Source: Crocosphaera subtropica ATCC 51142
GTDB taxonomy: Bacteria > Cyanobacteriota > Cyanobacteriia > Cyanobacteriales > Microcystaceae
Assembly: GCF_000017845.1 (NCBI RefSeq)
Contig: NC_010546.1
Location: 3,840,001-3,872,000 of the forward strand
Reading direction: 5' to 3'
Length of the DNA: 32,000 nucleotides
A model generated the notes under the pieces. The model made no database searches, was not told the origin of the DNA, and saw only the letters and a list, made by a program, of their open reading frames with translations. A program made the position numbers and the translations under genes. Within the stretch, counting starts at the first letter, position 1; every line of letters begins with the position of its first letter. Of the stretch, positions 1 to 9,202 are shown in pieces.

Positions 1-2727
1 TCTGAAGAAGAAACAGAAGACTTAAAAAACTATAATTATCCCCCAGGAATGCAGCGATTTTTAGGACTAGCATTTGATGAACCAGCTTGCATTTTAGACT
101 ATTTATCCCCCAATACGCTCTGTGTTTTCGATGAAATTGAACAATGTGAATCCCATAGCGATCGCTGGTTAGACTATATAGAAGAAAATTGGCAAGATCA
201 GGAAAAAAACTTACCCAAAATTCACAGAAGTTTTAATGATTCTTTTCAATTAACGCAAGAATTGCCTAAATTATATCTCTCGGAACTGTCAGAAGTTAAC
301 AATACAAATGCCTTAGATTTATCCAGTCGTCCCCTACCAACCACTCCCCATCAATTTGCTAAACTCGCAGAAATATTAAGGGGAAAACGAGAAATTTATA
401 GTGGTATTACCTTGGATAAATATGCCACTTGGTTGATTTCTGCTCAACCTTCTCGTACTGTCTCTCTATTACAAGAACACGATTGTCCAGCGCAATTTAT
501 TCCTAATCCCCGTGATTATCCAGCTATTAATAAATCCCATATCCAAGGAACAGCGATCGCTCTAAAATATTCAGGGTTAGCAGAACTAGAAGGCTTTATT
601 TTACCGACCTTTCGCATTGTTGTTGTTACCGATAAAGAATTTTTTGGACAGCACGTTTTAGCCACTGCAGGATACATTAGAAAGCGTCGTCGTGCTACAT
701 CTAAAAAAGTTGATTTACAACAACTGCATCCTGGGGATTATGTGGTTCATAAAAGTCACGGAATTGGTAAATTTTTGAAGTTAGAAAGTTTAGCAACCCG
801 TGAATATTTAGTGGTACAATACGCCGATGGCATTTTAAGAATTCCGGCTGATTCCTTTGATAGTTTATCCCGTTACCGTCATACTGGTTCAACCCCTCCC
901 CAACTCCATAAAATGACGGGGAAAACCTGGCAGAAATCGAAGCAAAAAGTCCGTAAAAATATTAAAAAATTAGCCGTTGATCTCATCAATTTGTACGCAA
1001 AACGAGCAAAAAATACAGGGTTTACTTATCCCCTTGACACCCCTTGGCAGCAAGAATTAGAAGACTCTTTTCCCTATCAACCCACCCCTGATCAACTGAA
1101 AGCCATACAAGACGTTAAAATAGACTTAGAAAGCGATCGCCCGATGGATCGGTTAGTGTGTGGTGACGTGGGGTTTGGGAAGACAGAAGTAGCCGTTAGA
1201 GCCATTTTTAAAGCCGTTACCAGTGGTCATAAACAAGTGGCATTTTTAGCCCCTACCACCATCTTAACCCAACAACATTATCATACCTTAAAAGAACGAT
1301 TTGCTCCCTATCCTATTAATATTGGACTATTAAATAGATTTCGCACAACCTCAGAAAAAAAAGAGATTATCCAACGCTTAGCTACAGGAGAATTAGATAT
1401 AGTAGTAGGAACACAACAACTCTTAGGAAAAAGCGTTAAATTCAAAGACTTAGGCTTATTGGTAGTGGATGAAGAACAACGATTTGGTGTTAATCAAAAA
1501 GAGAAGATTAAAGAGATAAAAAGCCATGTGGATGTTCTTACTTTGACCGCAACACCCATTCCCCGAACCTTATATATGTCCCTATCAGGAATACGGGAAA
1601 TGAGCTTAATTACGACACCTCCGCCCTCTCGTCGTCCTATTAAAACCCATTTATCTCGTTATAATCCTGATGTAGTAAGAACCGCTATTCGTAATGAATT
1701 AGATCGAGGGGGACAAGTTTTTTATGTGGTTCCTAGAGTCGAAGGAATTGAAGAAGTTGCAGCCCAAATAAAAACGATGGTTCCTAGTGCAAGAATGGCT
1801 ATTGCTCACGGACAAATGGATGTTAACGAATTAGAAATAACTATGTTAAGTTTTAACAATGGAGATGCAGATATTCTGGTTTGTACCACTATTGTTGAGT
1901 CTGGGTTAGACATTCCTAGGGTTAATACAATTATTGTAGAAGATGCTCAGAAATTTGGGTTAGCCCAACTGTATCAACTGAGAGGAAGAGTCGGCCGATC
2001 TGGTATTCAAGCACACGCTTGGTTATTGTATCCTAGTAAAGCTCAACTAACAGAAACAGCCAGGCAAAGATTAAGAGCATTACAGGAATTTAGTCAGCTA
2101 GGATCAGGCTATCAATTAGCTACTCGTGACATGGAAATTCGAGGGGTTGGTAACTTATTGGGAGCCGAACAATCGGGACAAATGGAGTCCATTGGCTTTG
2201 AATTATATATGGAGATGTTACAAGAAGCCATCCGAGAAATTCAAGGCCAAGAAATACCAAAAGTAGAAGATACCCAAATTGACTTACAATTAACTGCCTT
2301 TATTCCGACGGAATATATTCCCGATATGGAACAAAAAATGTCGGCTTACCGTGGAATTGCGGTTGCTAACTCTAAGAAAGAATTAGCCCAAATTGCAGCA
2401 GAATGGAATGATCGCTATGGAAATTTACCTGTTCCAGTTGAACAATTATTGCAAGTAATGGAACTCAAACAATTAGCCAAATCTTTGGGCTTTTCTCGTA
2501 TTAAACCCGAAGGAAAACAACACATCGTCTTAGAAACGCCGATGGAAGAACCGGCTTGGAAACTATTACAAGAAAAATTACCCGAACATTTGCGATCGAG
2601 GTTTGTTTATACCCCTAAAAAAGTGACTGTCAGGGGGTTAGGAGTTATGAAACCCCAAAAACAACTAGAAAGCTTAATAGAATGGTTCGGAAGGATGCAA
2701 GATGCGATTATAAACGGTGAACAGTAG
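1..2727 (+). CDS. mfd: Transcription-repair coupling factor Mfd, N-terminally truncated by the window edge
   Basis: Frame 1 is open from base 1 ([16 protein letters not shown] precedes the Met at 49), so the true start lies upstream. CarD/TRCF-type segment [16 protein letters not shown]2 helicase motifs [11 protein letters not shown] (I), VDEEQRFG (II) and LRGRVGRS (VI). Long C-terminal TRCF region. Stop TAG at 2725-2727. Confidence 0.93.
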   Translation, partial: SEEETEDLKNYNYPPGMQRFLGLAFDEPACILDYLSPNTLCVFDEIEQCESHSDRWLDYIEENWQDQEKNLPKIHRSFNDSFQLTQELPKLYLSELSEVNNTNALDLSSRPLPTTPHQFAKLAEILRGKREIYSGITLDKYATWLISAQPSRTVSLLQEHDCPAQFIPNPRDYPAINKSHIQGTAIALKYSGLAELEGFILPTFRIVVVTDKEFFGQHVLATAGYIRKRRRATSKKVDLQQLHPGDYVVHKSHGIGKFLKLESLATREYLVVQYADGILRIPADSFDSLSRYRHTGSTPPQLHKMTGKTWQKSKQKVRKNIKKLAVDLINLYAKRAKNTGFTYPLDTPWQQELEDSFPYQPTPDQLKAIQDVKIDLESDRPMDRLVCGDVGFGKTEVAVRAIFKAVTSGHKQVAFLAPTTILTQQHYHTLKERFAPYPINIGLLNRFRTTSEKKEIIQRLATGELDIVVGTQQLLGKSVKFKDLGLLVVDEEQRFGVNQKEKIKEIKSHVDVLTLTATPIPRTLYMSLSGIREMSLITTPPPSRRPIKTHLSRYNPDVVRTAIRNELDRGGQVFYVVPRVEGIEEVAAQIKTMVPSARMAIAHGQMDVNELEITMLSFNNGDADILVCTTIVESGLDIPRVNTIIVEDAQKFGLAQLYQLRGRVGRSGIQAHAWLLYPSKAQLTETARQRLRALQEFSQLGSGYQLATRDMEIRGVGNLLGAEQSGQMESIGFELYMEMLQEAIREIQGQEIPKVEDTQIDLQLTAFIPTEYIPDMEQKMSAYRGIAVANSKKELAQIAAEWNDRYGNLPVPVEQLLQVMELKQLAKSLGFSRIKPEGKQHIVLETPMEEPAWKLLQEKLPEHLRSRFVYTPKKVTVRGLGVMKPQKQLESLIEWFGRMQDAIINGEQ

Positions 2728-2766
2728 GAATAAGTAAAGATAATTGCTCACTGGTCACTGATAACT
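2714..2766 (+). repeat. Copy A of a short hairpin element (ACGGTGAACAGT ... ACTGgTCACTGATAACT) overlapping the mfd stop codon
   Basis: The left 12-mer ACGGTGAACAGT (2714-2725) is identical to 9189-9200. The right arm ACTGGTCACTGATAACT (2750-2766) matches 9232-9247 with one mismatch. The arms GTGAACAGT and ACTGgTCAC are inverted repeats. Confidence 0.5.
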
Positions 2767-2803
2767 GATAAAAGGAGACAATTATTAAAGTGTCCATAAC
2801 CTC

Positions 2804-2832
2804 TTGCTTTTTTACAGTAAGCAATTTATACT
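2804..2832 (+). promoter_or_regulatory. Candidate sigma70-type promoter (TTGCTT - 17 nt - TATACT)
   Basis: TTGCTT at 2804-2809, a 17-nt spacer, then TATACT at 2827-2832, in the mfd/downstream-ORF intergenic region. Single-sequence match only. Confidence 0.3.
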
Positions 2833-2883
2833 ATGGATGAATCGATAAATTGTCGATTCAGTGTGGTGTGAGAGAGTTAGTAG

Positions 2884-2935
2884 GAAAGCACTTGGGGTCG
2901 AAACACGGCAAGACTCCCAGGTGCTTTTCTCAATA
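2884..2935 (+). terminator. Long imperfect hairpin followed by a U-rich tract (intrinsic terminator or attenuator candidate)
   Basis: GAAAGCACTTGGG (2884-2896) pairs with CCCAGGTGCTTTTC (2916-2929): 13 bp with one bulged U and one G-U pair. It is extendable by GTC/GAC (2897-2899 with 2912-2914) and followed by TTTTCTCAATATTT. A smaller perfect hairpin GAATCGA/TCGATTC lies at 2839-2859. Confidence 0.35.
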
Positions 2936-2979
2936 TTTGAGATAATAAAACAAGGTAATCTTTTTCTTTTGGTACGAAT

Positions 2980-3423
2980 ATGAGTCAAGTTTTTCCAATG
3001 GTTCCCGCCTCATCGAAAACCCTTTGGTCAATTGGAATTTTGGCTGTTTTAATGTTAGGGGTATTATGTCTTTGTTTATTGATCGCTTATTCATCCCAAC
3101 AAGTTAAATTTGAAATTGATCAGCAACAACTGATGATTAAAGGAGATTTATACGGTCGCAATATTCCTTTAAAGACTTTAGTAATTGAGGAAGCTAAAGT
3201 GATTCAGTTAGATCAATCTTCTTCTTATCGACCTCGTTGGCGAACCAATGGTATTGGATTACCTGGATATCGTTCAGGATGGTTTAAACTTAAAAATGGA
3301 GAAAAAGCCCTTTTATTTGTAACTGAATTAAAAGAGGTTGTTTATCTTCCAACCCTTGATAATTACTCTCTTTTAATGAGTGTTAAAAATCCTGACGATT
3401 TTGTTGAAGCACTTAAAAATTAG
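2980..3423 (+). CDS. Small membrane-anchored protein, bacterial PH-domain-like (hypothetical)
   Basis: 147-aa ORF with an ATG start. One N-terminal TM helix (LWSIGILAVLMLGVLCLCLLIAY), then a beta-rich soluble part (GWFKLKNGEKALLFV) resembling bPH/YdbT-type domains. The family call is from memory. Confidence 0.7.
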   Translation: MSQVFPMVPASSKTLWSIGILAVLMLGVLCLCLLIAYSSQQVKFEIDQQQLMIKGDLYGRNIPLKTLVIEEAKVIQLDQSSSYRPRWRTNGIGLPGYRSGWFKLKNGEKALLFVTELKEVVYLPTLDNYSLLMSVKNPDDFVEALKN

Positions 3424-3530
3424 AGTTAATAATAAACAGTAAGCAAAAATTGATTGAATTATTAACTATTAATTGTTCGATACAATTTAATAAAGTTCAA
3501 AAAATTTGATTAATTTTATATTCAATTACC

Positions 3531-4451
3531 ATGTTTCCTATTATTTATTCCGATACTTTTCTAGACCATGATACAGGCAGCTTTCACCCCGAAAGCCCTC
3601 AACGTTTAGAATCGATTGTGAAAGCATTAAAAACTGTTTCTTGGCGTGATCGCCTACAATGGCAACAGCCAACCAACCCCACACAACGAGATCCGATTCC
3701 CCATATACGAAATATTCATACTGATAACTATATCAAGGGAGTCCAAGCTTTAGCAGCCAAGGGAGGGGGTTTTATAGACGGGGACACCATTGTATCTCCT
3801 CAGAGTTATAATGTCGCTTTATTAGCGGTCAATGCTTGGTTAGATGGGGTTGACACAGTGTTAGCAACGGAGAAACCGGCTTTTGTGTTGTGTCGTCCCC
3901 CTGGTCATCACGCTGTCCAAACAAGAGGGATGGGGTTTTGCTTGTTTTCCAATGCTGCGATCGCTGCTCATTATGCCCTACAATGTGATGGGATAGAACG
4001 AGTCGCTATTTTAGATTGGGATGTGCATCACGGCAATGGAACCCAGGCGATCGTAGAAAACAATCCCAATATTGCCTATTGTTCCTTGCATCAGTTTCCT
4101 GCTTATCCTGGGACTGGTCAAGGGGATGAAACAGGAAAGTATCATAACGTTTTGAATATTCCTATGGAACCAGGAAGCGACTTAAAAAGGTACCAAGTGG
4201 CTTTTAAAGAGCAAGTCATACCGTTTTTAAGCGGGTTTCAAGGGGATCTTTTAATTGTCAGTGCAGGTTATGATGCAAATCAAGCGGACCCTCTAGCATC
4301 TATTAATCTTCAACCGACAGATTACGGCATTTTTACGCAACAATTATTAACAATAACCTCTCGTATTTTATTTGGGTTAGAAGGAGGTTATGATTTATCT
4401 GCTTTAGCTGAGTCTGTGGTTGCAACCATTGAAGTTTGTTTACATAAATAA
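3531..4451 (+). CDS. Histone deacetylase-family (arginase/deacetylase fold) zinc amidohydrolase, AcuC/acetylpolyamine-type
   Basis: Class-defining motifs CRPPGHHA, LDWDVHHGNGTQ, VSAGYDANQADPL and GLEGGYDL are all present. 306 aa. Confidence 0.9.
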   Translation: MFPIIYSDTFLDHDTGSFHPESPQRLESIVKALKTVSWRDRLQWQQPTNPTQRDPIPHIRNIHTDNYIKGVQALAAKGGGFIDGDTIVSPQSYNVALLAVNAWLDGVDTVLATEKPAFVLCRPPGHHAVQTRGMGFCLFSNAAIAAHYALQCDGIERVAILDWDVHHGNGTQAIVENNPNIAYCSLHQFPAYPGTGQGDETGKYHNVLNIPMEPGSDLKRYQVAFKEQVIPFLSGFQGDLLIVSAGYDANQADPLASINLQPTDYGIFTQQLLTITSRILFGLEGGYDLSALAESVVATIEVCLHK

Positions 4452-4461
4452 TGACTGATAA

Positions 4462-4519
4462 AAGCGTTATCCTAAAAAATGAAACTATTGTTAGGATGGG
4501 TAACGCTTATGAATTTTTG
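4462..4519 (+). terminator. Hairpin plus T-run downstream of the deacetylase gene
   Basis: AAGCGTTATCCTAA (4462-4475) pairs with TTAGGATGGGTAACGCTT (4491-4508) as 6+8 bp around a 4-nt bulge, with a 15-nt loop. TTTTT lies at 4515-4519, not immediately adjacent. Confidence 0.35.
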
Positions 4520-4645
4520 TGCTTAAGGATTTCAACCTCAAGTAAGCAATGTCTACTATGACAGGTTGATTTTTATCTATTTTTAAAAAAGCTGACAAAA
4601 AAAAATTATATTTTCGTAAATTTTTGCAATTTTAAATAAAAAATT

Positions 4646-6904
4646 ATGAATAATCATTATCAAGAAGAACCAATCCATCAGATAGGTTGTATTCAACCTC
4701 ATGGTGTTTTATTAGTTCTCAAAGAACCAGAGTTAAAGATTATTCAAGCAAGCCAAAATATTGCTGATCATTTAGGTATTTTGACTGAGGAATTATTAGG
4801 AAAAAACTTAGATACTCTCCTTAATGAGAATCAAATAAATAAGATTAATCAGTATCTCGAAAAAAAAGAGTTCCAAGGGGTCAGTTGCTTAGAGTTGACA
4901 GTAACAACTCAAAAGGATGAAAAATTATCTTATCTTGGAAATATTCATCGTTATGATCAAGTCTTATTATTAGAATTAGAAAGATATATCCATCAAGAAG
5001 ACATTTCATTAATTGATTTTTATCAAGGGAGTCAAATTTCAATTGATCAAATCAAAAATAATCTTACTTTTGAGGAAATTTGTCAAATTTCGGCACAAGA
5101 AATTCGCAAAATTTCAAGATTTGATCGGGTTATGATTTATCAATTTGATCATGATTGGCATGGAAAAGTCATTGCAGAATCAAAAATTGAAAATATAGAA
5201 TCTTATTTAGGATTACATTTTCCAGCAGAAGATATTCCTCCTATATCTAGACATCTTTTTAGTTTGCAACCTTTAAGATTAATTCCTGATATTAACTATC
5301 AACCGATTGGTTTATTACCTGCAAATAATCCTATCACAGAAAATAGGTTAGACCTTAGTTACTCTCTGTTAAGAGGGGTTTCTCCTATTCATATAGAATA
5401 CTTACGAAATATGGGAGTTGCTGCTTCTATGACTATTTCTTTACTTAAAGATGGTCAATTGTGGGGCTTAATTGCTTGTCATCACAAGACTCCTAAATTT
5501 GTAAGTCCTGGGATAAGAATAGCTTGCAAGTCCTTGGCTAAAATTTTAAAACTAGAATTAACTAATCTTTTAAAAACTGGTGATTTTCAATACAATTTGC
5601 ATATCCAAGAAACTGAAAAGAAATTATTAGAATCAATTTCTACAAGCGAAGATTTTTTAAATGGTTTAGTGGAACAGAAAATAAATATTTTAGGGTTATT
5701 TAAGGCGAATGGAGCAGCAATTTATCTAGAAGATGATTATGAAACTGTTGGAGAATGCCCTGATAAAAAACAAGTGCTTGATTTGATTAAATGGTTGCAC
5801 AAAAAATATGATCAACCCATATTTTATACTAATAATTTGCCAAATATTTACACAAAATCAGAAGCATACAAATCAGTTGCTAGTGGAATTCTAGTTATTA
5901 TATTATGTAATAATCCCTGCCAATATATTCTTTGGTTTAGACCAGAAGAAAAACAAATTGTTAATTGGGCAGGAAGTCCTAATGAAATAGTTCATATCGA
6001 TGAAAATAAAAAATTACATCCTAGAAACTCTTTTAAACAGTGGGAAGAAGTGGTAAGAGGAAAATCCTTGCCCTGGCAACCTGTAGAAATTGAGGCAGCC
6101 TTAGAATTAAGAAAATCAATTTTAGAAATTGGGTTTCAACAGATGAATAAAGTGTCAAAATTTAATCATGAATTAAAACAAAAAAATCAAGATTTAGATG
6201 CGTTTGCTTATATAGCTTCCCACGATCTCAAAGAACCCTTGCGAGGAATTTATAATTATGCTAATTTTCTCCTAGAAGATTATAGCGATCGCTTAGATGA
6301 TAATGGAGTTTATCAGTTAGAAACCCTAGTTCGTTTAAGTAAAAAAATGGGGGATCTCCTCGACTCGTTACTGGAATATTCCCGACTGGGAAGAGTTGAT
6401 TTTTCCTATGAAGAAGTCAACCTCAATGAAGTGATTGAACAAGTATTAGATATGATCAAAGGAAGATGGGAAGAAAACTCAGTCACCTTAAATATTCCCC
6501 GTTTCTTACCAACAATTAAGGCTGATAGTGCAAGATTACATGATTTATATATGAATTTACTCAGTAATAGTATAAAATATAATGATAAAGAGGAAAAAAT
6601 CATTGAAATTGGTTATTTTACCCCAGAAGAGATGGCTTCATCCTTTTCTAAACCTAAACTCGATGAATTAAATCAGCCTCACCTTATTTTCTATGTTAGC
6701 GATAATGGCATAGGAATTTCTTCTGAACATAAAAGTAAGATTTTTCAAATATTTAAACGCCTACATCCACCAGAACATTATGGAGGAGGAACAGGTATTG
6801 GTTTAACCATTGTTCAAAAAATTATTGAACGTCATCGTGGATACATTTGGATTGATTCAATCGTTGATCAAGGTACAACTTTTTACTTTACGTTAACCCA
6901 GTAA
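4646..6904 (+). CDS. Phytochrome-class sensor histidine kinase (PAS-GAF-PHY-HisKA-HATPase), bacteriophytochrome/CphB-like
   Basis: N-terminal EPIHQIGCIQPHG. GAF DIP motif (D196-I197-P198). SPIHIEYLRNMGVAASMTISL bilin-pocket motif. LWGLIACHH. PHY tongue motifs WAG and PRNSF. H-box ASHDLKEPLRG. G boxes DNGIGI and GGTGIGL. An in-frame TAA at 4637-4639 fixes the N-terminus. Confidence 0.93.
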   Translation: MNNHYQEEPIHQIGCIQPHGVLLVLKEPELKIIQASQNIADHLGILTEELLGKNLDTLLNENQINKINQYLEKKEFQGVSCLELTVTTQKDEKLSYLGNIHRYDQVLLLELERYIHQEDISLIDFYQGSQISIDQIKNNLTFEEICQISAQEIRKISRFDRVMIYQFDHDWHGKVIAESKIENIESYLGLHFPAEDIPPISRHLFSLQPLRLIPDINYQPIGLLPANNPITENRLDLSYSLLRGVSPIHIEYLRNMGVAASMTISLLKDGQLWGLIACHHKTPKFVSPGIRIACKSLAKILKLELTNLLKTGDFQYNLHIQETEKKLLESISTSEDFLNGLVEQKINILGLFKANGAAIYLEDDYETVGECPDKKQVLDLIKWLHKKYDQPIFYTNNLPNIYTKSEAYKSVASGILVIILCNNPCQYILWFRPEEKQIVNWAGSPNEIVHIDENKKLHPRNSFKQWEEVVRGKSLPWQPVEIEAALELRKSILEIGFQQMNKVSKFNHELKQKNQDLDAFAYIASHDLKEPLRGIYNYANFLLEDYSDRLDDNGVYQLETLVRLSKKMGDLLDSLLEYSRLGRVDFSYEEVNLNEVIEQVLDMIKGRWEENSVTLNIPRFLPTIKADSARLHDLYMNLLSNSIKYNDKEEKIIEIGYFTPEEMASSFSKPKLDELNQPHLIFYVSDNGIGISSEHKSKIFQIFKRLHPPEHYGGGTGIGLTIVQKIIERHRGYIWIDSIVDQGTTFYFTLTQ

Positions 6905-6916
6905 TAAACCCTTTTC

Positions 6917-7366
6917 ATGTCAAATTTAGTTTCTAAATCTTTTTTACTGTTAGTTGAAGATAGCGACGAAGACTTTACCGCTTTTTTACGATTTAGTCAG
7001 CCGTTTCTCAAAGAACATTCAGTTAAACGTTGTCGAAATGGAGAAGAAACGATACAATTTTTAGAAAGGGTTGAAACCGCCCCTTATTCTGATATTAGTC
7101 GTTTTCCGACTGTAATTATCCTTGATTTAAACTTATCTGGTGTTGATGGTAGAGAAATATTAATTCGTATCCAAGAAAATCCTCAATGGCAAAAGATTCC
7201 TACTCTCATTTTTAGTAGTTCTAACGATCCCAGAGACATTAATTTTTGCTATCAACATGGTGCAAAAAGTTATATCCTTAAACCAATGGATATTAGTCAC
7301 TTAAAAAAAACAATACAGATGCTTTGGGAATACTGGTTTAATATTGTTGTTCTTCCTTCTAAATAA
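6917..7366 (+). CDS. Single-domain response regulator, Rcp1/RcpB-like (phytochrome-associated)
   Basis: Receiver motifs LLVEDSDEDF, phospho-acceptor ILDLNLSGVDGREIL and SYILKP. C-terminal W..W...VLP as in Rcp1. Starts 12 nt after the phytochrome stop. Confidence 0.9.
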   Translation: MSNLVSKSFLLLVEDSDEDFTAFLRFSQPFLKEHSVKRCRNGEETIQFLERVETAPYSDISRFPTVIILDLNLSGVDGREILIRIQENPQWQKIPTLIFSSSNDPRDINFCYQHGAKSYILKPMDISHLKKTIQMLWEYWFNIVVLPSK

Positions 7367-7378
7367 ACTTTATGATGT

Positions 7379-9202
7379 ATGTTTCCTCAACCTTTAACCG
7401 TATTAATTATAGATGATAATCAAGAAGACAGATTTACCTTCAAACGCTACCTTAGCAAACAACATGACCAAGATTATCAGGTACTAGAAGCATCATCAGG
7501 CAAAGAAGGATTAGAAATTTTAAAAACTGTTCAAGTTGATGGGGTTCTCTTAGATTTTCGTTTATCTGATGTAGATGGCATTGAATTTTTAAAACAACTA
7601 CAGCATGAGTTTTTTTATAGCAATTTTGCGGTTATTATGTTAACAGGAGTTGGCAATGAAATGGTTGCAGTGGAAGCCATGAAAAATGGCGCACAAGATT
7701 ATTTAATTAAAGATAACTTAACCCCAGAAAGCTTACATAAATCGTTATATTTAGCCGTTGAAAGAGTAAAACTGCGTCGAGACTTAGAACAAAGTGAACA
7801 ACGATTTAGAGGAACCTTTGAACAAGCAGCAGTCGGAATTTATCATATTAACTTAGTAGGAGAATTTTTACGATTTAATCAAAAATTTTCTCAAATTACA
7901 GGATATTTCTCAGAAGAACTACAAGAAAAAACCTTAGAAGAAATTATTTTTTCTGAAGATTTATCCACCTATCAGAAACAGTTAAAAAGACTATTAAATA
8001 ATCAGATTAAAACCTTTACTTTAGAACAAAGACTCTTAGGGAACAATAATTCATTGGTTTGGATTAATTTAACAGTTTCAATAATTAATAAAAAAGATAG
8101 TCGTCCTGATTATTTAATGGGCATTGTAGAAGATATCCAAGAAAGAAAACAAACCGAAATTCAACTCAAAAAAGCGAATCAGCAATTAAAGACCATTGTT
8201 GAACAACTAGCTAAACAAAACCAAGAAAGAACCCTACTCAGTCGAGTGAGTCAATATTTACAAGCTTGTACGAATATAGAGGAAGCATACAAAATTTTAG
8301 CGGATTTAATTCAACCTTTATTTCCTGATTGTTCTTTAGGAATTTATCAACTTAATGAGCAGCAAACCACAGCACATTTAGTATCTTATTCTGGAGACAA
8401 TCTTAATAGTAAAGAAGATTTTAGATTCTCTGACTGTTGGGCATTACGCCAAGGAAAAACTCATTATAATGATATTACTCATCATCAATTATTTTGTCCT
8501 CACGTTGAAACCGATTTAACGACTAAAGCTACCTTATGTTATCCCATTATTGCCCAAGGAAAAACCCTAGGAATTCTCTATGTCAGTGCGACAGATAGAG
8601 CTAAGTTAACCCCAGAAACAGAAAATTTAGTAAAAACGATTAGTGACTATATTACTTTATCTCTTGCTAACTTAAAATTACGAGAAGACTTAAAAGAACA
8701 AAGTGTTCGAGATTCTTTGACAGGATTGTTTAACCGTCGTTATCTGTATGAATTTCTTAAAAAAGAAATTGCTAAAGCGCAACGATACGAAACCGAAATT
8801 GGAATTATTTTACTGGATATCGATCATTTTAAACAAATTAATGATAATTATAGTCATGGTTTGGGAGATGTGGTTTTAGAAGAATTTGGGGAATTTTTAA
8901 GGGATAATATTCGAGAGTCAGATATCGCTTGTCGTTATGGAGGAGAAGAATTTATTTTAATTTTTCCCCATGCTAGTTTAGACAATACTTATCAACGAGC
9001 AGAAGCATTAAGACGAAAAATAAAACGTCTCCATTTTCGTTATCAACAACATCATTTAAACTCCGTTACGGTATCGGTTGGGGTAGCTAATTATCCTCAA
9101 CATGGATTAACCGGAGAAGAAGTGGTACATCATGCTGATCTTGCTCTTTATGCAGCTAAAGATCAAGGACGCAATCGCACTATTGTTTACGGTGAACAGT
9201 GA
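7379..9202 (+). CDS. Response regulator-diguanylate cyclase (REC-PAS-GAF-GGDEF)
   Basis: REC motifs (VLIIDDNQED, LLDFRLSDVDG, DYLIKD). PAS/PAC region (FEQAAVGIYH...MGIVEDIQERK). GAF region. GGDEF domain with active-site GGEEF at 8939-8953 and I-site RESD (RxxD) at 8912-8923, five residues upstream. Starts 12 nt after the preceding stop. Confidence 0.92.
   Translation: MFPQPLTVLIIDDNQEDRFTFKRYLSKQHDQDYQVLEASSGKEGLEILKTVQVDGVLLDFRLSDVDGIEFLKQLQHEFFYSNFAVIMLTGVGNEMVAVEAMKNGAQDYLIKDNLTPESLHKSLYLAVERVKLRRDLEQSEQRFRGTFEQAAVGIYHINLVGEFLRFNQKFSQITGYFSEELQEKTLEEIIFSEDLSTYQKQLKRLLNNQIKTFTLEQRLLGNNNSLVWINLTVSIINKKDSRPDYLMGIVEDIQERKQTEIQLKKANQQLKTIVEQLAKQNQERTLLSRVSQYLQACTNIEEAYKILADLIQPLFPDCSLGIYQLNEQQTTAHLVSYSGDNLNSKEDFRFSDCWALRQGKTHYNDITHHQLFCPHVETDLTTKATLCYPIIAQGKTLGILYVSATDRAKLTPETENLVKTISDYITLSLANLKLREDLKEQSVRDSLTGLFNRRYLYEFLKKEIAKAQRYETEIGIILLDIDHFKQINDNYSHGLGDVVLEEFGEFLRDNIRESDIACRYGGEEFILIFPHASLDNTYQRAEALRRKIKRLHFRYQQHHLNSVTVSVGVANYPQHGLTGEEVVHHADLALYAAKDQGRNRTIVYGEQ

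Noticed and set aside
701-892. Short ORFs nested in or antisense to long conserved genes (701-892, 6406-6603, 12888-13100, 13933-14181, 15362-15553, 17846-18034, 21934-22116, 23705-23890, 23727-23972, 23953-24219, 26802-27041, 30407-30589)
   Set aside because: Each overlaps a much longer ORF with strong family motifs. Their translations are compositionally odd (Leu/Ser/Phe/Ile-rich) and lack start-site context. I treat them as spurious.
2757-2773. 11-mers CACTGATAACT (2757-2767 and 9237-9247) and ACTGATAAAAG (2763-2773 and 4455-4465) as possible att/target-site duplications flanking inserted blocks
   Set aside because: On the order of a hundred exact 11-mer pairs are expected by chance in 32 kb, and more in AT-rich DNA. 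No integrase or transposase is present. The CACTGATAACT match is better explained as part of the shared hairpin element.
2834-2872. 12-codon mini-ORF (MDESINCRFSVV) as a leader peptide upstream of the PH-like protein gene
   Set aside because: It starts upstream of the predicted TSS for the only promoter-like element, has no RBS, and has no regulatory-codon bias.
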